Both the position numbers and the translations under genes were made by a program. Below the pieces are notes generated by a model. It was given only the letters and a program-made list of their open reading frames with translations. It searched no databases and was not told the DNA's origin. A DNA stretch of 64,000 nucleotides from Escherichia coli (lineage in GTDB: Bacteria > Pseudomonadota > Gammaproteobacteria > Enterobacterales > Enterobacteriaceae): the NCBI RefSeq assembly GCF_001677475.2, contig NZ_CP015229.1, one strand, 5' to 3'. Of the stretch, positions 47,501 through 57,187 are shown piece after piece. Position 1 is the stretch's first letter. Every line of letters starts with the position of its first letter.

Positions 47501-48100
47501 AGTATGCAACATTATGATCTGCTTATTACTGACGTTAATATGCCGAATATGGATGGTTTTGAGTTGACTCGCAAACTCCGTGAGCACAATTCTTCCTTAC
47601 CCATCTGGGGGCTTACAGCCAACGCACAGGCTAACGAACGTGAAAAAGGGTTAAATTGCGGCATGAACTTATGTTTGTTCAAACCGTTGACCCTGGATGT
47701 ACTGAAAACACATTTAAGTCAGTTACACCAGGTTGCGCATATTGCACCTCAGTATCGCCACCTTGATATCGAAGCCCTGAAAAATAATACGGCGAACGAT
47801 CTACAACTGATGCAGGAGATTCTCATGACTTTCCAGCATGAAACGCATAAAGATCTACCCGCTGCGTTTCATGCACTAGAAGCTGGCGATAACAGAACTT
47901 TCCATCAGTGCATTCATCGCATTCATGGTGCGGCTAACATCCTGAATTTGCAAAAGTTGATTAATATTAGCCATCAGTTAGAAATAACACCTGTTTCAGA
48001 TGACAGTAAGCCTGAAATTCTTCAGTTGCTGAACTCTGTAAAAGAACACATTGCAGAGCTGGACCAGGAGATTGCTGTTTTCTGTCAACAAAATGACTAA
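44507..48100 (+). CDS. evgS: hybrid sensor histidine kinase (periplasmic sensor domains, HisKA/HATPase, receiver, HPt)
   Basis: 1197-aa ORF; H-box ATMSHEIRTPISSIMGF, receiver domain LSILIADDHPTNRLL, C-terminal HPt. Confidence 0.94.
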   Translation: MKFLPYFFLLCCGLWSTISFADEDYIEYRGISSNNRVTLDPLRLSNKELRWLASKKNLVIAVHKSQTATLLHTDSQQRVRGINADYLNLLKRALNIKLTLREYADHQKAMDALEEGEVDIVLSHLVTSPPLNDDIAATKPLIITFPALVTTLHDSMRPLTSSKPVNIARVANYPPDEVIYQSFPKATIISFTNLYQALASVSAGQNDYFIGSNIITSSMISRYFTHSLNVVKYYNSPRQYNFFLTRKDSIILNEVLNRFVDALTNEVRYEVSQNWLDTGNLAFLNKPLELTEHEKQWIKQHPDLKVLENPYSPPYSMTDENGSVRGVMGDILNIITLQTGLNFSPITVSHNIHAGTQLNPGGWDILPGAIYSEDRENNVLFAEAFITTPYVFVMQKAPDSEQTLKKGMKVAIPYYYELHSQLKEMYPEVEWIKVDNASAAFHKVKEGELDALVATQLNSRYMIDHYYPNELYHFLIPGVPNASLSFAFPRGEPELKDIINKALNAIPPSEVLRLTEKWIKMPNVTIDTWDLYSEQFYIVTTLSVLLVGSSLLWGFYLLRSVRRRKVIQGDLENQISFRKALSDSLPNPTYVVNWQGNVISHNSAFEHYFTADYYKNAMLPLENSDSPFKDVFSNAHEVTAETKENRTIYTQVFEIDNGIEKRCINHWHTLCNLPASDHAVYICGWQDITETRDLIHALEVERNKAINATVAKSQFLATMSHEIRTPISSIMGFLELLSGSGLSKEQRVEAISLAYATGQSLLGLIGEILDVDKIESGNYQLQPQWVDIPTLVQNTCHSFGAIAASKSIALSCSSTFPEHYLVKIDPQAFKQVLSNLLSNALKFTTEGAVKITTSLVHMDDNHAVIKMTIMDSGSGLSQEEQQQLFKRYSQTSAGRQQTGSGLGLMICKELIKNMQGDLSLESHPGIGTTFTITIPVEITQQVATVEAKAEHPITLPEKLSILIADDHPTNRLLLKRQLNLLGYDVDEATDGVQALHKVSMQHYDLLITDVNMPNMDGFELTRKLREHNSSLPIWGLTANAQANEREKGLNCGMNLCLFKPLTLDVLKTHLSQLHQVAHIAPQYRHLDIEALKNNTANDLQLMQEILMTFQHETHKDLPAAFHALEAGDNRTFHQCIHRIHGAANILNLQKLINISHQLEITPVSDDSKPEILQLLNSVKEHIAELDQEIAVFCQQND

Positions 48101-48104
48101 ATAG

Positions 48105-48138
48105 CGGCTCCCACAATATTCAAATGTGGGAGCTATTT
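48105..48138. terminator. bidirectional terminator between evgS and yfdE
   Basis: gctcccaca-atattcaaa-tgtgggagc hairpin between two convergent genes. Confidence 0.6.
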
Positions 48139-48155
48139 ACCAGCACATCTTACAT

Positions 48156-49301
48156 TTATGATGAGAACTCCTGGCGAATTTGTTCCCCATGCTGGTCGAG
48201 CGTTGCCGCTCCCGGCATAACATGCGGGTCCGCGCAGCCGCTGATTTTTATCGGATTACCCGGCATCATTATTCCCCCGGCTTCAATCAACATATTTCTC
48301 GCCTGAGTTTGTGGCAAATTAATGGCCTCAGCCACACTTAATAACGGCGCGACGGGCACACCAACTTCATGTATTTTGGCTAACCAAACTTCAGCTGCCT
48401 GCGTTTTTAACATCCGCTCAATATATTGTTTAAGAGTAGCCTGGTTTTGTACGCGTAAAATATTGCTGCTAAATCGGGGATCATTAACCAGTTCCGTAAG
48501 CTCCAGTGCCTGGCATAACGCAGAGAAAAGCTTGTCATTACCACAACAAATCGTAATCGGCTTATCCTGAGTATCGAAAACATCAAAAGGTGCCATGTAG
48601 GGATGGCGATTTCCCAGGCGTTGTGGTGACTTCCCTGTCGCAATATATGCCATCAGACCATGCTCCAGAAAACTCAGCGTGGCATCAAACATCGCTATAT
48701 CGACATGCGCCCCTCTCTGGCTCTTTTCGCGGCCATAAAGTGCACTTACTATTCCACTGAATAAATAGACACCGCCACATAGATCCGCAAGAGAAGTACC
48801 AACGCGCACTGGCGGAGCATCAGGGTATCCCGTTTCCATCATTATCCCGCTCATTGCCTGAATGATGGTATCGTAGGCAGGAGCATCTTTTAGCGGACCG
48901 GTATGTCCGAAACCTGACGATGAAGCATATATGAGGCGCGGGTTGATTTCTTGTAACCTTTCCCATGAAAACCCCAGTTTTTCCATTGTACCTGGGCGAA
49001 AATTCTCAGCTAATACATCAGCTTGTTTGAGCATATTTATAAATATACTTTTATCGTGATCATTCTTTAAATCAAGAACCACACTCTCTTTGCCATGATT
49101 AATAAAACTGTAATAGAGTGACTGTCCATCCACATAGGGACCAAATGTGCGGGTATCATCACCATGACCCGGCGGCTCAACTTTAATTACCCTTGCACCC
49201 ATATTACAAAGAAGTTGAGTTCCGAAAGGTCCATTAAGGACATGTGTCATATCGATAACTAATAAGCCTTCAAACGGCCCTTTGCTTTCATTATTTGTCA
49301 T
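48156..49301 (-). CDS. yfdE: acetyl-CoA:oxalate CoA-transferase (family III CoA-transferase)
   Basis: Start placed at MTNNESKGPFEGLLVIDMTHVLNGPFG (381 aa); track ORF has a 13-codon upstream extension. Confidence 0.88.
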   Translation of the reverse strand: MTNNESKGPFEGLLVIDMTHVLNGPFGTQLLCNMGARVIKVEPPGHGDDTRTFGPYVDGQSLYYSFINHGKESVVLDLKNDHDKSIFINMLKQADVLAENFRPGTMEKLGFSWERLQEINPRLIYASSSGFGHTGPLKDAPAYDTIIQAMSGIMMETGYPDAPPVRVGTSLADLCGGVYLFSGIVSALYGREKSQRGAHVDIAMFDATLSFLEHGLMAYIATGKSPQRLGNRHPYMAPFDVFDTQDKPITICCGNDKLFSALCQALELTELVNDPRFSSNILRVQNQATLKQYIERMLKTQAAEVWLAKIHEVGVPVAPLLSVAEAINLPQTQARNMLIEAGGIMMPGNPIKISGCADPHVMPGAATLDQHGEQIRQEFSS

Positions 49302-49374
49302 TTGCTTATGCCTTGAAAAAAGCCGAAGGTGAAAAGACACTTCGGCATTTATGTAAAATCAATAACATGATTAA

Positions 49375-50319
49375 TTATGAAACCAGTCGACTGACATAAA
49401 TCCACAAGGGAGCCGTGACGACAAAACCCAGTACGCTCACAGCCAATGACGCTGTACCTGTGCGGGTGTAGACATTAAACCGGCTGGCAATAATGATTCC
49501 GGAGAATGCCGGCGGTAATGCGCCTGCCAGTACCATCATCTGCAAATGTTCGCTGTTCAGATGACATGCCATACCAACGAGAAGCAGCGCCAGTGGCATC
49601 AGAATCAGCTTCAGGAAGGTGTTATAAGCAATTTCGGCACTGAACTCGAATTTATGTGCAGCCAGAGTCAACCCCGCAGCGAATACCGCTACCCCTGAGT
49701 TAGCCTTCGCAATCAGATTAAAGGTTGGGTCCCATGCTGCCGGAATTTTTACCCCAACCAGCACCAGGATCGTTGCCAGAACAGGTGCCCATACTACTGG
49801 CTCCTTTGCCGCAGAAATTAATGCGCTCAGATTACTATTCTTCTTACCATCCGCTCCTGAGGAAGGATTCAGCAAATACAGACCAATAGGAATAGTAATT
49901 GCGTTAACAATAATAGAAATAATTGCTACCACTAAACCTGTTGATACGGAATCACCATAAATAGGATCGAGAACTGCAAACCCCAGGAATCCAATGGTAG
50001 GTGAACCTGCAATTAATGCACATACTGCTGCTTCTGCATGGGTACGTTTAAAAAATTTGTAGCAACCGAACCAGGAGAAAAAGAAACATCCGACAATAAC
50101 CACAAGTGATACAAGGGTCAGACGAGTGTCCGCAAAAATCATTTCCCTGTTTGCCCGGGTAATAGATACAAATAGAGCCGCAGGAAGCGCGTAGTTTAAT
50201 ACCAGTTTATTAAATGCCCGAGCTTGATCTTCTGAAAATGTTTCTCGTCTGCCGCTAAAATAACCCAACAGCATGATTACGATAATAGGCAATAAATCGC
50301 CAATAAAAAATGTTAGCAT
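49375..50319 (-). CDS. yfdV: AEC-family transporter
   Basis: 314-aa polytopic membrane ORF between oxc and yfdE. Confidence 0.88.
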
Positions 50320-50388
50320 AATAGTATTTCCGATAAGGGTCCCCTCACCATCGCATAATGAGTTGGCAAGAGGAGACGATGTCAGTAT

Positions 50389-52083
50389 TTAATTACCAGC
50401 GACTTGTTTTGGGTTCAGTTTGGTAATATGGCCACTTTCAGTTCCTGCTGCAGGGTCGATGACCACATTAATAATGGTCGGTTTGCGCGACTGAATACCG
50501 GTGGTTAAAGCATGACGAAGTTCATCTGTCGTGGTGACGTTATAGCCAACACCACGAAACGCATCCATTAATTTGTCATACCTTGCATGGTGCAACAGAT
50601 CCGTTGGTGATGGTGCACCAGCGCCACTGAGATCAACACCGTCTCCTCTGTAGATGCCGCCATTATTAAAAATAACGATCGTCACCGGAAGGTTATATCG
50701 ACAAATCGTTTCAATCTCCATCCCACTGAAACCAAAAGCACTATCACCTTCAATGGCGACAACTGGAGAACCAGAGGTCACGCTAGCACCGATGGCATAG
50801 CCCATACCGATGCCCATGACACCCCAGGTACCACAATCCAGACGACGACGAGGTTTATACATATCAATAATATTTCGTGCATTATCCAGGGTATTTGCAC
50901 CTTCATTAACTAAATAAATATCCTGGTTCTCGCGCAATACATCGCGCACAGCACTTAATGCATTAAAGTAATTCAATGGTTGGGTATCTGTACTTAATTT
51001 TTCATGCATTTTTTGTGCATTTTGCTGCTTGTGGATATTTAAAATATCGCGCCACACCAGTGGAGTCGTAAATGTGTTTTGTTTCAATTCTGCCAGCATA
51101 CCTTGCATACTGGATGCAATATCACCAACGACTGGCACTGCAATGGGGCGGTTGCTGTCAATTTCCTGCGGTTCAATATCCAGTTGAATAAACTGTGTAT
51201 CTGCCGCCCATCCTTTTTTACCGTGTGCCAATAACCAATTCAGTCGTGCACCAACAAGCATGACAACGTCAGCATTTGCCAGGGCAAACGAACGCGCAGC
51301 TGCCGCAGAAAGTGGATGCGTATCTTCAAGGATCCCTTTCGCCATAGACATTGGCAGGAATGGAATCTGAGCACTTTCAATAAATTCACGAAGCTGTTCA
51401 TCAGCTTGTGAATACGCCGCGCCTTTGCCAAGGATAATTAATGGCCGTTCAGCTTTTGCTAAAAGCGAAATTGCGCTAGTGACTGACTTCGGGCATGGCA
51501 ATAATGCTGGCGACGGATTTTCAACTTTAACAATCGTGGTTAACGCTTCGTCTTTTTCCATCGTCGCGGCCAGGACATTTGCTGGCAAATCAAGATAAAC
51601 TCCGCCAGGGCGACCCGATACTGAGACCCGGATAGCGCGTGCCAATGCAATGCCAAGATCCTGCGGCTGATTAACGCGGAATGCTGCTTTGGCATACGGT
51701 TTTGCCGCATTCATTTGGTCCAGCTCTTCATAATCACCTTGTTGTAAGTCGACGATCGCGCGGTCGCTGGAGCCGCTAATCATGATCATCGGAAAACCAT
51801 TTACCGTTGCGTTGGCCAATGCGGTCAAACCATTAAGGAATCCTGGCGCAGACACTGTCAGGCAGATCCCCGGTTTTTGGGTAAGAAAACCGCTTGCCGC
51901 AGCGGCATAGCCTGCCGACTGCTCATGACGAAAACCAATATAACGAATGCCTTCCGCCTGGGCATGGCGTGCCATATCCGTCACAGGAATACCTACAACA
52001 CCATAAATAGTGTCAATATTATTCTGTTTTAATGCTTCAACGATGATATGCATACCATCTGTCATTTGAAGTTGATCTGACAT
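50389..52083 (-). CDS. oxc: oxalyl-CoA decarboxylase (ThDP-dependent)
   Basis: 564-aa ORF MSDQLQMTDGMHIIVEALKQNNIDTIYGVVGIPV... with ThDP-binding motif GDSAFGFSGMEIETICRYNLPVTIVIFNNGG. Confidence 0.93.
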   Translation of the reverse strand: MSDQLQMTDGMHIIVEALKQNNIDTIYGVVGIPVTDMARHAQAEGIRYIGFRHEQSAGYAAAASGFLTQKPGICLTVSAPGFLNGLTALANATVNGFPMIMISGSSDRAIVDLQQGDYEELDQMNAAKPYAKAAFRVNQPQDLGIALARAIRVSVSGRPGGVYLDLPANVLAATMEKDEALTTIVKVENPSPALLPCPKSVTSAISLLAKAERPLIILGKGAAYSQADEQLREFIESAQIPFLPMSMAKGILEDTHPLSAAAARSFALANADVVMLVGARLNWLLAHGKKGWAADTQFIQLDIEPQEIDSNRPIAVPVVGDIASSMQGMLAELKQNTFTTPLVWRDILNIHKQQNAQKMHEKLSTDTQPLNYFNALSAVRDVLRENQDIYLVNEGANTLDNARNIIDMYKPRRRLDCGTWGVMGIGMGYAIGASVTSGSPVVAIEGDSAFGFSGMEIETICRYNLPVTIVIFNNGGIYRGDGVDLSGAGAPSPTDLLHHARYDKLMDAFRGVGYNVTTTDELRHALTTGIQSRKPTIINVVIDPAAGTESGHITKLNPKQVAGN

Positions 52084-52136
52084 GATTAATAACCTCGAAA
52101 TTTTTATAAATTGGGAGCCAGAAGCCCCCGTTAATA

Positions 52137-53387
52137 TCAGATGGCGTGGTTTTGCTTCATTGCAGCAATTTCATCGTCGCTATAACCCAGCTCCTGCAAT
52201 ACAGCTGCGGTATGTTCACCTAATAGCGGCGCAGCTTTAATATCCGGCGTAAAGGCAGAGAATTTCATTGGACAACCAACTGTCAGATATTTTCCACGCA
52301 ACGGTTGTTCCACTTCAACAACACTGCCACTTTGGCGCAAAGAGGGATCTAGTGAAATTTCTTTCATACTTAAAACCGGTGCGCAAGGAATATCAAACTG
52401 AGTCAAATAGGCCACCGCTTCATGTTTATCAATAGTGACAGTGTATTTTTCGATTTCAGCAAAAATATCGAAAATATGTGGCTGTCGGGCATGGGCTGTA
52501 CTGTATGCCGGATCGGTAATCCATTCTGGTTTGCCGATGGCTTTACAGGTGTTTTCCCAATTTTGCTCCTGAATAGTGAAATAAATATAGGCGTTAGGAT
52601 CGGTTTCCCAGCCTTTACATTTCAGGATCCAGCCAGGCTGACCACCACCACCCGCATTACCACCGCGGGGAACTGCATCACCAAATGTACCATTCGGATA
52701 CTGCGGGTATTCTTCCAGATAACCCAATTTATCGAGACGCTGCTGGTCGCGTAATTTCACGCGGCAAAGGTTCAACACGGCATCCTGCATTGACATAGTG
52801 ACTCGTTGCCCACGCCCCGTTTTTTCGCGATGCAGCAAGGCAGCAAGTAAACCGATCAGCAAATGCATTCCGGTGTTGCTGTCACCCAACGCTGCAGCGC
52901 TTACCAGCGGCGGACCGTCCCAAAAACCCGTAGTAGATGCCGCGCCACCCGCTGCCTGAGCAACGTTTTCATAGGCTTTTACATTCACATAAGGCGAACA
53001 CTCATCAAACCCTTTGATCGAACCAAAAATCAGACGTGGATTGATTTCTTGAATATGCTCCCAGGTGAAGCCCATATGATCAATGGCCCCTGGATGAAAG
53101 TTCTCGACTAAGATATCAGCTTCGCGGATCAGCTTTTCCATTACCTCTTTGCCTTCCGCTGTTTTGGTATTTAATTCAATAGAACGTTTATTACTGTTAA
53201 GCATGGTGAAGTAAAGCGCATCGATATCAGGAATATCTCGCAGCTGGTGACGCGTTACGTCACCAACGCCGGGACGTTCAATTTTAATGACATCAGCGCC
53301 AAACCAGGCCAGCATCTGAGTACAAGATGGGCCAGATTGCACACCGGTGAAATCGAGAACTTTAATTCCTTGAAGTGGAGTTGACAT
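52137..53387 (-). CDS. frc: formyl-CoA:oxalate CoA-transferase
   Basis: 416-aa [46 protein letters not shown]... Confidence 0.93.
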
Positions 53388-53638
53388 AGCAATACCTATT
53401 AGTTAATTAAATATGTGTTAATTTAGCGTTTATTTAAGGCATAACGCCCTCTATAAATAATCCGCAAAATATCGTCGTAGCTGCACTCGATATTTTTAAA
53501 TTACTGTATCAAGTGCTGAAAATCATTTCATCGCTACTTCCAATTCCTTTCTGCATGGTAAGTAGTGAGGACGAAAAGAAGAATATGATAAATATTGGTT
53601 CGCGGTAATCAGAGAGAACCGCGACATTTGTGATGTTA

Positions 53639-53656
53639 TTCTTACAACTGTAAGAA
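53639..53656. promoter_or_regulatory. EvgA box (perfect consensus) upstream of frc operon
   Basis: TTCTTACA-AC-TGTAAGAA: exact match to TTCYTACA-N2-TGTARGAA, about 250 bp upstream of the frc start. Confidence 0.65.
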
Positions 53657-53899
53657 GCGCCGGTGATTGACAGGTAAGGGTATGATTACGCTTTTTAAAG
53701 CGTACCATAAAACATAACATAATAAATGATTTGTGATGACACGGGATTATTGCGGTTTAATTTGAGGAATATAAAATGCGAGTTTATAGCACCGCGAGCG
53801 CCAAATAATTTTATGACCACAACCTGTCGTATTGTGGTCATAAAAAATTGTCGGCTGGAGGGAGTTAAATCCTTTACCTCGATGTACTGCCTGTCAGCA

Positions 53900-54532
53900 T
53901 TAGTTCACAAACAGTGCTTCACTATCGACGATGATTCCATCTTCCGCACCTTTAAGCGCCAGATTTGCCTCGTAGTATTGCTTTTTATCAAGCAGTTTCT
54001 GCGCATCAGCAAGTGCATTACGAGTCTGTTTAAGCGGCATCAGATATTGGTTTTCCATTACGCCAACACCGGCCAGGCGAAGCTCTTCCATTGCGCCCTT
54101 TTTATCCCCTTTCGCCATTTTTTCATTGGCAATTTTTATCGCGGCTTCTTTTTCGGGTGTCGCTACATAACTCTCAGAAATTCCGACAGATGCATTAATG
54201 ACAATATATTGGTCATCATTGAGATTGGTCTTTTTACCTGGCTTAGCGAACTTTGCCCATTCGGTACTGTCATCTGACAACAAAGCGGAAGCTTCATTGG
54301 TCAGTTCTTTTGCCTTTTCTGGATCGCCATGAAACAGAGCCAGGCGCGCTACCTGCACGTCACGCATCGCATATAAACCTTGTTCAGAGATACGCTCTGC
54401 TGCTGCCGTTTTCTGGGTTTGCTGAACTTGCTGAGCTTGCTGTTGTGCCGCTACCGGTGCATTATCAGCAGCCCATACAGTTGAAGATGCCAGAATTGCT
54501 GTGACCATCGTAGCCATAATTAAACGTTTCAT
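53900..54532 (-). CDS. yfdX: periplasmic YfdX-family protein
   Basis: 210-aa ORF with signal peptide [26 protein letters not shown]... Confidence 0.9.
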   Translation of the reverse strand: MKRLIMATMVTAILASSTVWAADNAPVAAQQQAQQVQQTQKTAAAERISEQGLYAMRDVQVARLALFHGDPEKAKELTNEASALLSDDSTEWAKFAKPGKKTNLNDDQYIVINASVGISESYVATPEKEAAIKIANEKMAKGDKKGAMEELRLAGVGVMENQYLMPLKQTRNALADAQKLLDKKQYYEANLALKGAEDGIIVDSEALFVN

Positions 54533-54628
54533 ACTTACCTCATTCTTTAACAGTTTTAGAAAACGCCGCCATCATATTGGGTGAGCATGAAATGAGAAAT
54601 CAGAGAGCAACGGTCATTTTGAAAGGGT

Positions 54629-54646
54629 TATCTTACAGTTGTAGTT
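54629..54646. promoter_or_regulatory. EvgA box-like site upstream of yfdX (distal)
   Basis: ATCTTACA-GT-TGTAGTTA: partial match to the EvgA consensus. Confidence 0.45.
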
Positions 54647-54667
54647 ATTATCGCAAGAAGTATTTTA

Positions 54668-54685
54668 GTCTTACAATTGTAGGAA
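54668..54685. promoter_or_regulatory. EvgA box-like site upstream of yfdX
   Basis: GTCTTACA-AT-TGTAGGAA: 15 of 16 match to the EvgA consensus. Confidence 0.6.
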
Positions 54686-54827
54686 TATGCTTCCTGTCAC
54701 AGAGAACTATTCTTATGTACCACAAAGAGATGTAATTTATTATATCGATGTAAATATTGATTAATTATATGTAAATACAGCCATAACATCGTACATTCTC
54801 AGTGAACCATTTTCAGGATAACTTTCT

Positions 54828-55103
54828 ATGAAAGTAAACTTAATGCTTTTTAGCTTATTTTTATTGGTCTCTATTATGGCATGCAATGTTTTTGCATTTT
54901 CCATTTCTGGTGGTGGAAGTGAGAGGAGCTATAAAGAGACTGAAAAAACATCAGCGATGACGACAACTCACTCTACAAAATTTCAGCCATCACAGGCGAT
55001 TTTGTTAAAAATGAGAGAAGATGCGCCACCATTAAACCTCACAGAAGAAATCACGCCCACTTATCCGACAAAGGCGAGTTATCTTATTCATCCTTTGCGA
55101 TAG
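54828..55103 (+). CDS. ypdI: small secreted protein / putative lipoprotein
   Basis: 91-aa ORF MKVNLMLFSLFLLVSIMACNVFAFS... with signal sequence and Cys. Confidence 0.8.
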   Translation: MKVNLMLFSLFLLVSIMACNVFAFSISGGGSERSYKETEKTSAMTTTHSTKFQPSQAILLKMREDAPPLNLTEEITPTYPTKASYLIHPLR

Positions 55104-55179
55104 CGTCTGTCACATGGCAGGTGAACAATCATGTCTGATGCTGATGTGAACACCTGCCCAAATGAGCCATCCTGACCCA

Positions 55180-55422
55180 CTATCGCCTGCCATACCCCAC
55201 CATAAAGCGAATCATCAAGCCACAAGCCGGGGCAAGAAACATAAATATCCCCGTCACCAGTTCATTACCGCCAGTTAACCACATGGTGAAGTAATAAATG
55301 AGTGCAGCGAGGATCACCATGCCGAAGAAAGAAGAGACCGCCGATACCACGTTCAGTACCTGACCGATGTAGCCGCTGACGCAGACAATACACAGGGCGA
55401 GAAACATCCATAAATAAATCAT
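55180..55422 (-). CDS. yfdY: small inner-membrane protein
   Basis: 80-aa ORF with two predicted TM helices (MIYLWMFLALCIVCVSGYIGQVL...). Confidence 0.8.
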   Translation of the reverse strand: MIYLWMFLALCIVCVSGYIGQVLNVVSAVSSFFGMVILAALIYYFTMWLTGGNELVTGIFMFLAPACGLMIRFMVGYGRR

Positions 55423-55774
55423 AGCTCAACCTCCTGCCGCGCTAAAAAACCTGTAACTTCAGTCACTTTAATAGTAAGACAATCCTTAACCTCTGGCAAT
55501 TTTTGCTAAGCATCAATGAAAACAATATGTTAAATGCAAGACTGTTATGCACGGAAAAATATTTACTTTGCACGATTAATAATCAGTAGCTGAAAGCAGT
55601 CAGCGAGTGATAAAGTACAAATACCGCATTCATGCTCCTCGTGGTTATGTCCTGACTAGTCTTTACACTCTTTACAGGAACCATTGTCGTACATGATGGC
55701 CTAATCAATTGAGTGTACCGCTGTCGACATGGAATCTTCTGCGATACAACAATTCGTATCTACAGAAGGTAACT

Positions 55775-56695
55775 ATGTTTCCACAATGCAAATTTTCCCG
55801 CGAGTTTCTGCATCCTCGCTACTGGCTCACATGGTTTGGGCTTGGTGTACTCTGGCTTTGGGTACAGCTTCCTTATCCTGTTCTCTGCTTTCTCGGCACG
55901 CGTATTGGCACAATGGCGCGACCATTCCTGAAACGTCGTGAATCTATCGCCCGTAAAAACCTGGAACTTTGTTTCCCGCAGCATTCTGCTGAAGAGCGCG
56001 AGAAGATGATTGCCGAAAACTTTCGTTCACTCGGCATGGCGCTGGTAGAAACCGGCATGGCATGGTTCTGGCCCGACAGTCGCGTACGTAAATGGTTTGA
56101 TGTTGAAGGGATGGATAACCTTAAACGCGCACAAATGCAAAATCGCGGCGTAATGGTTGTCGGCGTCCATTTTATGTCGCTGGAACTGGGCGGTCGCGTG
56201 ATGGGACTTTGCCAACCAATGATGGCCACCTATCGTCCCCATAATAATCAGCTGATGGAATGGGTGCAGACCCGTGGTCGCATGCGCTCTAACAAAGCGA
56301 TGATCGGCAGAAATAATCTGCGCGGCATTGTCAGTGCACTGAAGAAAGGTGAAGCGGTATGGTTTGCTCCCGATCAGGATTATGGTCGTAAAGGCAGCTC
56401 CTTCGCGCCGTTCTTTGCGGTGGAAAATGTCGCCACAACCAATGGCACCTATGTCCTCTCTCGTCTCTCTGGCGCAGCCATGTTGACCGTAACGATGGTA
56501 AGAAAAGCGGATTATAGCGGATATCGTTTGTACATCACCCCAGAGATGGAAGGCTACCCGGCAGATGAAAATCAAGCCGCTGCCTATATGAACAAGATTA
56601 TCGAGAAAGAGATCATGCGCGCACCGGAGCAGTACCTCTGGATCCACCGTCGCTTTAAAACGCGCCCGGTGGGAGAATCGTCGTTATACATTTAA
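55775..56695 (+). CDS. lpxP: lipid A palmitoleoyltransferase (cold-induced late acyltransferase)
   Basis: Start placed at MFPQCKFSREFLHPRYWLTWFGLGVLWLWVQLPYPV (306 aa); track ORF has a 22-codon extension; LpxL/LpxM/LpxP-family sequence. Confidence 0.9.
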   Translation: MFPQCKFSREFLHPRYWLTWFGLGVLWLWVQLPYPVLCFLGTRIGTMARPFLKRRESIARKNLELCFPQHSAEEREKMIAENFRSLGMALVETGMAWFWPDSRVRKWFDVEGMDNLKRAQMQNRGVMVVGVHFMSLELGGRVMGLCQPMMATYRPHNNQLMEWVQTRGRMRSNKAMIGRNNLRGIVSALKKGEAVWFAPDQDYGRKGSSFAPFFAVENVATTNGTYVLSRLSGAAMLTVTMVRKADYSGYRLYITPEMEGYPADENQAAAYMNKIIEKEIMRAPEQYLWIHRRFKTRPVGESSLYI

Positions 56696-57050
56696 CAAAC
56701 TGCTCTCACTCTTTCCCTCCTCAAATCAGCCATAATAACCTCATGGTTTTTATGGCTTTTTTCTTAAGGTTTTTTCCTTCGCTGAATATCTAATTATTAC
56801 CGTCAGAAATTAAACTGTCGCCGATATGAGACACCTGTAAGTTACTAAAAGTAAATAAGAAAATGCCTCTTGTCTCGTTTCAGTTTTAGGCGTACATTAG
56901 CGCCGTCTCGAGCAGTTTAGCTCAGAATTCTGGGGTGATGCCCACGGTAAAATACAGGACTTTTAAGGTCGTATTGCCCGGTGTCAACTCACTGTATCAG
57001 GTGTGATGAAGTCATTCAGGCGTAACAGTAATTACGCGGAGAGATGTAAA

Positions 57051-57122
57051 GTGAAATATTTCTTTATGGGCATTTCTTTTATGGTCATCGTTTGGGCCGG
57101 TACTTTTGCCCTGATGATCTAA
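57051..57122 (+). CDS. ypdK: 23-aa small membrane protein
   Basis: GTG-initiated 23-codon ORF (V)KYFFMGISFMVIVWAGTFALMI*, a single hydrophobic helix, preceded by ggagag; too short for the ORF track. Confidence 0.6.
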   Translation: MKYFFMGISFMVIVWAGTFALMI

Positions 57123-57139
57123 AAGCAAACTGTGCAATG

Positions 57140-57172
57140 AAAAACAGGAGCCATCAGGCTCCTGTTTGCATT
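57140..57172. terminator. bidirectional terminator between ypdK and alaC
   Basis: aaacaggagcc-atca-ggctcctgttt perfect 11-bp stem with U-rich flanks. Confidence 0.7.
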
Positions 57173-57187
57173 TCTGACGACGGTTTT

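Noticed and set aside
53726-54277. 183-aa plus-strand ORF overlapping yfdX
   Set aside because: Antisense to yfdX, which has a signal peptide and a known periplasmic-family sequence; the plus-strand frame is a low-complexity Phe/Ile/Cys-rich translation of AT-rich DNA.
56027-56647. 206-aa minus-strand ORF opposite lpxP
   Set aside because: Antisense shadow ORF; lpxP on the plus strand has a clear acyltransferase-family sequence.
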